Assembly: GCA_047601445.1 (NCBI GenBank)
Contig: JASGJH010000001.1
Coordinates: 8,192,001 to 8,256,000, forward strand
Length of the DNA: 64,000 bases
Origin: Myxococcales bacterium
Lineage (GTDB): Bacteria; Myxococcota_A; Polyangia; Polyangiales; DASUME01
Direction of reading: 5' to 3'
Made by a program: the position numbers and the translations under genes. The number at the start of each line of letters is the position of its first letter. The first letter of the stretch is position 1. The notes beneath the pieces are model-generated. The model had not been told where the DNA came from, searched no databases, and was given only the letters and a program-made list of their open reading frames with translations. Of this stretch, positions 57,388-64,000 are shown piece after piece.

Positions 57388-58083
57388 ATGATCCTGCGCG
57401 CGCTCCTCATCGACGATGACGACCGGCTGTTCGAGCACCTCCAGGGCTATTTTGCGCCCCACGGGGTAGAGCTGTCCCACGCGCGCGACGGCCGGCTCGG
57501 CATCGCTCGCCTGTTCGGGTCGGAGCAGGGCGCCTTCGACGTCGTGTTGCTCGACCTCACGATGCCGGGCATGGACGGGCTCGAGGTCTGTAAGCGTGTG
57601 CGCGAACGCAGCCGGATCCCCATCGTGATGCTCACCGCTCGCGGCGACGAGACCGACCGCGTGGTCGGGCTCGAGATTGGGGCCGACGACTACTTGCCCA
57701 AGCCCTTCAGTCCGCGCGAGCTCCTGGCGCGCATGCGCGCGGTGCTGCGTCGTTCTGCGCCCGATGCCACCAGCGAGCGCCTGAGGGTCGGGGAGCTCGA
57801 GATCGACGTGGGCAAGCGCGAGGCCAATCTGGCTGGCCGGGTGCTGGATTTGACGGGACTGGAGCTCGACCTCCTGCTGGCGCTGGTGCGCCGCGCGGGC
57901 CGTGTGGTGCCACGCGAAGCCCTGCTCGAGCTCGCCGGACGCGGTGAGACCGCGGTCAACGAGCGCACCGTGGACGTGCACGTGTCGCACATCCGCAACA
58001 AGCTCGGCGACGACTCCCGCAACCCGAGGCTGCTGCGCACCGTGCGCGGCGTGGGTTACGTCTACACGAAGGCCGAGACATGA
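57388..58083 (+). CDS. OmpR/CpxR-family response regulator
   Basis: LLIDDD, LLDLTMPG, GADDYLPKPF, RTVDVH, RTVRGVGY. Confidence 0.95.
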   Translation: MILRALLIDDDDRLFEHLQGYFAPHGVELSHARDGRLGIARLFGSEQGAFDVVLLDLTMPGMDGLEVCKRVRERSRIPIVMLTARGDETDRVVGLEIGADDYLPKPFSPRELLARMRAVLRRSAPDATSERLRVGELEIDVGKREANLAGRVLDLTGLELDLLLALVRRAGRVVPREALLELAGRGETAVNERTVDVHVSHIRNKLGDDSRNPRLLRTVRGVGYVYTKAET

Positions 58084-59174
58084 GGCAGCGTCGTCGCGGG
58101 CCACGCCATGCTTACGAGCATGCTCTTCGTCGGTACCACCAGCACCGGCTCGAGCACCATCGACACTTCTTCCACGACCATCACGAGTTTCACCGCGTAC
58201 CGAGGCCGCTCCACAAGCTCATGTTCTGGAGCTTCGGCGCGGCCATCCTCGCCACCATGCTCATCGGTGGCGCGGCTTTCGGTTACGTGCGCAAGGTCTA
58301 CGGCTTCTCGCCGTGGATGCCCTTTGCCGCGATGTTCCTGGCCGCCAACTTCGTGTGGGGTCTGTCGGGCATCGTGGCGCGTCGTATCGCCATGCCCTTG
58401 CGGGAGCTCGAGCGCGTGGCCCGGGAGCTCGGCGCGGGCAGGCTCGACCAGCGCGTGACCTTGGTTCGCGGCGCCTACGAGGTGCGCGAGTTGGCGGTCA
58501 CGTTCAACGAGATGGCCGATCGCATCGAGGCCCAGGTGAAGAGCCAGAAGGAGCTCTTGGGGGCGGTCTCGCACGAGCTGCGAACCCCCCTGGCGCGCCT
58601 GCGCATTCTGGTGGGCTCGCTGGCCGAGATGGACGTGGATCCCAAGCTGGCGTGCCACATGGAGCGCGAGATCCTCGAGCTCGACGCCCTGGTGGGCGAA
58701 TTGCTCGCGGGCGCGCGCGTGGACGCCGGCGCGCTGCAGAAGCGTGACCTCGACGTGGCCGACATGCTCAAGGTGTGCCTGGAGCGCGCCGACTTTCCGC
58801 AGGCCTCGGTGCAGATCTCACCGGGATCGGAGCGTGTACAGGCCGACGCCACGCTGCTCTCGCGGGCGCTGATGGTGCTGCTCACCAACGTGCGCAAGCA
58901 CGCGGGTGCGACACGCGTTTGGCTCAAGGTGGAGAGTGACGAGCAGGGCACGCAGTTTCGGGTGGAAGACGATGGTGCGGGCTTCGATCCCGAGGATTTG
59001 CCGCGTGTGTTCGCGCCCTTCGTGCGAGGCCGCGGCGAGACTCCGGATGAACACAAGGGCTTGGGCCTGGGACTCTATCTGGTGAAGCGCATCGCCGAGG
59101 CGCACGGCGGTGAGGCGTTCGCCGAGAACCGCGCAGACGGTGGTGCCTGCGTGGGCTTCACGCTGGCGGCCTGA
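58080..59174 (+). CDS. HAMP sensor histidine kinase with His-rich N-terminus
   Basis: Two close TMs, HAMP, SHELRTPL, DDGAGF, GLGLGL. Confidence 0.95.
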   Translation: MRQRRRGPRHAYEHALRRYHQHRLEHHRHFFHDHHEFHRVPRPLHKLMFWSFGAAILATMLIGGAAFGYVRKVYGFSPWMPFAAMFLAANFVWGLSGIVARRIAMPLRELERVARELGAGRLDQRVTLVRGAYEVRELAVTFNEMADRIEAQVKSQKELLGAVSHELRTPLARLRILVGSLAEMDVDPKLACHMEREILELDALVGELLAGARVDAGALQKRDLDVADMLKVCLERADFPQASVQISPGSERVQADATLLSRALMVLLTNVRKHAGATRVWLKVESDEQGTQFRVEDDGAGFDPEDLPRVFAPFVRGRGETPDEHKGLGLGLYLVKRIAEAHGGEAFAENRADGGACVGFTLAA

Positions 59175-59394
59175 GTGAGGCTGCTGTGAGCGATAGCTTT
59201 CGCTTTTTGAGGCATTCCTATCAGCTCGGTGCGCGCGCATCGGCACGTCTCTGACAGGACACGCGCGACGCGCTTACGAGAGCGCTCAACCTCGACCCCC
59301 TCGCTGTCGGGGCGGCACCTACTCTTGTGGGCAACGCGGCAAGATCGCTCCTCGCCCCAACCTGGGGAACGCGATACCACCCTGAGAGTCGCCC

Positions 59395-62300
59395 ATGCGC
59401 CACAAGGTTGCCTGCCTCATCGCTCGACCCGAATTGCAAGCCGCCGTCGCCGCGGCAGCCACGGACCAGTTCCAGCTCGAGGCGCAGTTCGTGGAGCATC
59501 AGCCGCTCGACCTGTTGGTGGTGGACGAGGGCGCGCTGCGCAGTCTCGAGCACAGCGTGCGGACCATGCGTGGGCGACGGGACCTCGTGGGTGTGCTCGT
59601 GCTGGCACAGCCCGACGAAGTGACGCGTTGGCTCTCGACGGGTGTTCCGCCCTTCGACGACTTCATCTCTCCCGAATGCTCGCCTGCCGAGCTCAACGTG
59701 CGCATTCGGCTCTGCCTTGCGTCGCAGGCACGCCGCGGAACCATCCCGGAGAGCGGGGTCATCGACACTCAACAGGTGAGTGAGTACGGCTTTCGCATCC
59801 TCGCCGACACGTCCCCGGACGTGGTGGCGCGCTACGGACCCGACCTGCGCTATCGCCACGTCAACGCGGCAGTCTGCGCTGCCACAGGGATGCCGGCCGA
59901 GTGGTTCGTCGGCAAGAGCCACGTGGAGGCCGGCTTCGACCCCGACCACGCTGCGTTCTGGGATGACGCCATCCGCAAGGGTTTCGAAACCGGAGAGCCT
60001 TCGCGCGTCGAGTACACGTTCAACACGCCGGGGGGGCCGCGTTGCTTCGAATCGCGACAGGCGCCCGAGCGCGGTCCGGATGGTCGCGTGACTTCCGTGC
60101 TGGTGGTGTCGCGCGATACCACGGATTGCGTGCAGACCGAGTCCGCCCTGCGCTTGAGCCAGGCGCGTTTGGGCGAGGCCATGGCGCTCGCGAACACCGG
60201 CATCTGGGACTTCGACCCGGACGCCAAGACCTCGACCTGGTCCACCGAGATGTTCCGCCTGTTCAACTACGAGTTGAGCGAGGGCGTGCCCAGCATGAAG
60301 GACATGCTCACGACCCGCGTGCATCCCGAGGATCGCAAGGCCGTGGCCGAGCTGCGCCACAAGGCCCTGGCCGACGAGACCGCTGCGCCCACGCGAACCA
60401 TCGAGTTTCGCGTGCTCTTGCCCGACGGCGCGCTGCGCTACCTCAACGCGCGGGCCCGCGCCTCGGTGGACCCACGCAGCGGACGAAAGCACGTGGTCGG
60501 CGCGGCCACCGATATCACGGAGCGCAAGTTCCGCGAGCTCGAGCAGGAGAGCGAGCGTAGCTTGCTCGAGAAGCTGGCGCGGGGTGCGAGCCTGTCCGAG
60601 TGCCTGGAGCACGTGGTGCGGACGCAGCAGGCGCTGTTCCCGGGCACGTTGTGCTCTGTCTCCGTCAATCAAGGGGACAACAGCATGGCGCTGGCTGCCG
60701 GGCTGACGGAGTTCCCGAAGATCCGTGCCGCCATGAAGAACTACCCCATCGGTCCCCAGACCAGCCCATGCGGTCAGGCCGCCCACTTCGGGAAACCCAT
60801 CCTGGCGCGAGACATCCAGACCGCGACTGCATGTCGTCGCTACCGCCCCATCGCGGTGGCGCTCGACATTCAGAGCTGCGTCACGATGCCCATCTTTTCC
60901 TCGCAGCGGCAGGTGCTCGGAACGGTCGCGATGTACTTCAAGCAGTCGCGCAGCCCGACTCCCGACGAGAATCGTTGCCTGGAGCGGGCGGCCAGCCTGG
61001 CGGGCCTCGCCATCGAGCGCGACCGCTATCACCGCGCTCTGGCCGAGAGTGAGGCGCTGCTGCGTACGGTGTTCGATAACTCCCCCATCGGGATCTACCT
61101 GTGCGACCAGCACGGCCAGGTCGTGTACATGAACCGGGCTGTCGACGGGATGCTGGGCATGGACCGTGCGCAGCTCCTGGGGCGCGGTTGGCTACGCTAC
61201 GTGCACCCGGACGACAAACACGGGGTCCTGGAGGGCCTGAACTGTTTGGTTCAGGGGCGCGTCCGCAGTGTCGACATGGCCTGGCGACAGACCACGCCGT
61301 CGGAAGACGTGAAGACGCTCCACGTGCATGCGAGCACCATCGAGGGGAGCGGCGGCAATCGCGGTTTCGTGGGCACCGTCGAGGACATCACCGCGCGCAT
61401 CAAGTTCGAGGAGCAGCTGCGCAATGGTCAGAAGATGGAAGCCGTCGGGCAGCTGGCGGGCGGCATCGCGCACGACTTCAACAACCTGCTTACCGTGATC
61501 CTGAACGGCGTGTCCTTGCTCGACACGCCGCGCTCGGCGAAGGATCGCAACCTGGTGCGTCAGATCGAGCTGGCCGCCGAGCGCGCCGCGGCCCTGACCA
61601 AGCAGCTCCTGGCCTTCGGACGAGGTCAACGCATGAGCACCCAGGTCGTCGACTTGAACGATCTGGTAAACAACTTGTGCGACATGCTGCGGCGATTGAT
61701 CGGCGAGCAAATCGCGCTCGAGGCCGAGCTCGCACCTCAGGGCGCGCCCGCGCAGGTGGACCCCAACATGATCGAGCAGGTCCTGCTCAACCTGGTGGTC
61801 AACGCGCGCGACGCCATGCCGCGCGGTGGGCGCATCACGCTGCGCCTGGGATCGGTGGCGGCCGATCATCCGATTCTCGCCGAGCATGGCGCGCGCAAGA
61901 CCGCGCACCTGTGCTTGAGCGTGACGGACACAGGCGAAGGCATCGCCAAGGAAAACCTGTCGCGGGTGTTCGAGCCCTTCTTCACCACCAAGGAGCCCGG
62001 CAAGGGCACTGGGCTCGGCCTGGCCACGGTCTACGCCATCGTGGAGCGGCACGGGGGCTTCATCGCCGTCGACAGCCGCGTGGGCGGCGGTACCGCGGTG
62101 GGCATCTACCTGCCGCGTGCGGTGAAGGCTGCGGCCCGCCTCGTGACGCCCCTGTCGGCGGCGCCCCGCGGGGACGAGACCATCCTGCTCACGGAGGACG
62201 AATCAGCGGTGCGCGACATGGTGCGCACGTCCCTGCAGAGCTGTGGCTATCGGGTGCTCGAGGCCGGCAACGGGGACGAGGCGCTCGCCATCTGGCGCGC

Positions 62301-62577
62301 CCGCAAAAACGAGATCTCGCTCTTGATCACGGACATGGTCATGCCTGGCAGCTTGCTGGGCGGGGAGCTCGCGCAGCGCTTGCGCGCGGACCGGCCGAAC
62401 CTGCGCGTGGTCTACATGAGCGGCTACGGCGGCCACGATTTGGCGCTCGACGGGCTGAGCCGCTTCGTGGCCAAGCCCTTCCAGGTCTCGACGCTGGCGC
62501 AGGTGGTGCGCGAGTGCTTCGACGCCCGGTTTCCCCTTTCCGAGCTGCAGAAACCGGCCGATACTTTGGGCCCATGA
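59395..62577 (+). CDS. Cytoplasmic hybrid sensor kinase (PAS-PAS-GAF-PAS-HisKA-HATPase-REC)
   Basis: VHPED/VHPDD, AHDFNNLL, FFTTKEPGKGTGLGL, ITDMVMPG. Confidence 0.95.
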   Translation: MRHKVACLIARPELQAAVAAAATDQFQLEAQFVEHQPLDLLVVDEGALRSLEHSVRTMRGRRDLVGVLVLAQPDEVTRWLSTGVPPFDDFISPECSPAELNVRIRLCLASQARRGTIPESGVIDTQQVSEYGFRILADTSPDVVARYGPDLRYRHVNAAVCAATGMPAEWFVGKSHVEAGFDPDHAAFWDDAIRKGFETGEPSRVEYTFNTPGGPRCFESRQAPERGPDGRVTSVLVVSRDTTDCVQTESALRLSQARLGEAMALANTGIWDFDPDAKTSTWSTEMFRLFNYELSEGVPSMKDMLTTRVHPEDRKAVAELRHKALADETAAPTRTIEFRVLLPDGALRYLNARARASVDPRSGRKHVVGAATDITERKFRELEQESERSLLEKLARGASLSECLEHVVRTQQALFPGTLCSVSVNQGDNSMALAAGLTEFPKIRAAMKNYPIGPQTSPCGQAAHFGKPILARDIQTATACRRYRPIAVALDIQSCVTMPIFSSQRQVLGTVAMYFKQSRSPTPDENRCLERAASLAGLAIERDRYHRALAESEALLRTVFDNSPIGIYLCDQHGQVVYMNRAVDGMLGMDRAQLLGRGWLRYVHPDDKHGVLEGLNCLVQGRVRSVDMAWRQTTPSEDVKTLHVHASTIEGSGGNRGFVGTVEDITARIKFEEQLRNGQKMEAVGQLAGGIAHDFNNLLTVILNGVSLLDTPRSAKDRNLVRQIELAAERAAALTKQLLAFGRGQRMSTQVVDLNDLVNNLCDMLRRLIGEQIALEAELAPQGAPAQVDPNMIEQVLLNLVVNARDAMPRGGRITLRLGSVAADHPILAEHGARKTAHLCLSVTDTGEGIAKENLSRVFEPFFTTKEPGKGTGLGLATVYAIVERHGGFIAVDSRVGGGTAVGIYLPRAVKAAARLVTPLSAAPRGDETILLTEDESAVRDMVRTSLQSCGYRVLEAGNGDEALAIWRARKNEISLLITDMVMPGSLLGGELAQRLRADRPNLRVVYMSGYGGHDLALDGLSRFVAKPFQVSTLAQVVRECFDARFPLSELQKPADTLGP

Positions 62578-63437
62578 TCGTCGTCACCGGCACCAAGCGC
62601 TCGGGCACCTCCATGTGGATGCAGATCCTCAAAGCGGCGGGCTATCCGGTGCTCGGTGAGGCCTTCCCGCGCGACTGGGGAGACACGATCCGTGAGGCGA
62701 ACTCCGAAGGGTTCTACGAATCTCCGCTACGACAAGGCATCTACTACGCCACCAATCCGCACCCAGGCACGGGGGCTTTTCTGGCACCCCAGGAGACGCG
62801 GCGCATGGTGGTCAAAGTCTTCGCCAGCGGGCTCGCGCGCTCAGACCTCGCATACCTCGACAAGGTCGTCGCCAGCATGCGTCCTTTTCGCGAGTACGCG
62901 GCGTCGCTGCGGCGCCTGTACGCCATGGAGTATCAGGGCAAGCTCAGCAGCGCGGAGCGCGCCGGGAAATCACCCGACGTGGTGCCGCGCTACACCTACC
63001 TGCGTCCCGAGCTCGAGTGGTGGAACGACAACTTCACCTTGCTGCGGGACGCGCTGATCCGACGCTACCCGCTGCACATGGTGAGCTACGGCGCAGTGCT
63101 GCGTGATCCGAGCAGCGTGGTCGCGGAGGCTCTCGGATGGTTGGGACAGGGTGAGCGTGAGCCCGCGGTCGGCGTAGTGCGCGACTCCATGCGCACGCAG
63201 CACACGGAAAGCCTGGCCGAATCAGAGCCGAGCGGACTCAGCGCCGAGCAGGAGGCCGTGTTCGATGAGCTCTACCGGCGCGTGGATCAGCGCGAGCCCC
63301 TCGACGGTGATTTCATCGACCGGCTCAACTACACGCACGACGAGCTCGAGCCCCTGATCGCCGAGGCGGCGCACGCGGCGGTCAGCCAGCGTCGCGACGT
63401 GCGGCACGCGGCCCAGGAGCGCGTGAAAGAGAGCTAA
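62574..63437 (+). CDS. Sulfotransferase-family (P-loop) protein
   Basis: MIVVTGTKRSGTS PAPS-binding loop, NSEGFYE; ATGA overlap with the kinase. Confidence 0.75.
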   Translation: MIVVTGTKRSGTSMWMQILKAAGYPVLGEAFPRDWGDTIREANSEGFYESPLRQGIYYATNPHPGTGAFLAPQETRRMVVKVFASGLARSDLAYLDKVVASMRPFREYAASLRRLYAMEYQGKLSSAERAGKSPDVVPRYTYLRPELEWWNDNFTLLRDALIRRYPLHMVSYGAVLRDPSSVVAEALGWLGQGEREPAVGVVRDSMRTQHTESLAESEPSGLSAEQEAVFDELYRRVDQREPLDGDFIDRLNYTHDELEPLIAEAAHAAVSQRRDVRHAAQERVKES

Positions 63438-63441
63438 GCCG

Positions 63442-63996
63442 CTACCGCGGGATGCGTAGGCCGCGGTGTTTGCGCTGCTTCATGGCAGCCTTCGTGTTCG
63501 TGTTGCTCATGGAGCTGGAGTTGAAGCGCTCGTCGATGGGGCACAGCTCGAGCAGGGCCTCACCTTGGGCCTCGCACTTCATGGCCGGGTCGTCGGTGCA
63601 CGCGAGCTCGTTGGTGCATTCGATCGTATCGACCACGGCGTCCGTGCAGTCCGCGCCGTAGGTGCGCACGTAGTCCGCGAAGTAGCTATTGGAGTCGCTG
63701 ACGCACTTTTGCTGCGTACCGTAGTACTTGGCGAAGTCGTCGGGGTAGCACTCGGCGTACCACAGGCAGAACGCCTTCGAGACGCGGTCGAAGCGCTGGG
63801 TGCTCACGTCCACGCCCGCGCCGCTATCACCACGGTTCGGTGTCTTGCCGCCGTCGACACCGTCGCCGTCGCCCCCACCGGCGTCGTGGCGGTGCTTGTT
63901 CGTGGTGTCTTCGCTGCAGGCTGCGCCGCCCAGCAGGAGGACGGCGGCCGTCAGTCGCGGGATTCTCGACGTGGGCGTGGAGGCAGACGAACTCAT
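63442..63996 (-). CDS. Cys-rich hypothetical lipoprotein
   Basis: GAAC lipobox; multiple Cys. Confidence 0.65.
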   Translation of the reverse strand: MSSSASTPTSRIPRLTAAVLLLGGAACSEDTTNKHRHDAGGGDGDGVDGGKTPNRGDSGAGVDVSTQRFDRVSKAFCLWYAECYPDDFAKYYGTQQKCVSDSNSYFADYVRTYGADCTDAVVDTIECTNELACTDDPAMKCEAQGEALLELCPIDERFNSSSMSNTNTKAAMKQRKHRGLRIPR

Positions 63997-64000
63997 CCGG

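Noticed and set aside
61101..62573. 778-aa ORF overlapping the hybrid kinase
   Set aside because: Only the part from ATG 62574 looks like a protein; the rest is an Arg/Ala/Gly-rich alternative frame
1..64000. CRISPR array, IS element, prophage, rRNA or recognisable defence system
   Set aside because: No regularly spaced repeats and no transposase, integrase, phage or Cas motifs recognised by eye

Overview
This is a high-GC chromosomal window. Its gene content (two Hanks-type Ser/Thr kinases with PEGA-like tails, AglRQS-type motor genes, Cys-rich lipoproteins, a TIGR04552-like protein) points to a myxobacterium; that assignment is inferred. I can support about 55 CDS, one tRNA-Gln(UUG) and several terminators. 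I saw no transposase, integrase, prophage or CRISPR array. Housekeeping genes include xseB, ribF, lon, moaA and tyrS. Best leads: (1) a stand-alone protein with all RelA/SpoT synthetase-like motifs, divergent from lon; (2) a TerB-like domain fused to a WcaJ-type priming phosphoglycosyl transferase, next to a diguanylate cyclase and a Roadblock/coiled-coil pair; (3) two TolQ+TolR+TolR motor operons back-to-back around a 1.1-kb spacer with phased A-tracts; (4) a His-rich CpxP/CpxR/CpxA-like system with a direct-repeat operator, close to a BluB-CobT fusion and a multi-hairpin element; (5) three +1 frameshifts that all sit at AGATC, suggesting methylation-linked sequencing errors rather than pseudogenes. 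Family names come from motif recognition by eye and memory; no database search was run.
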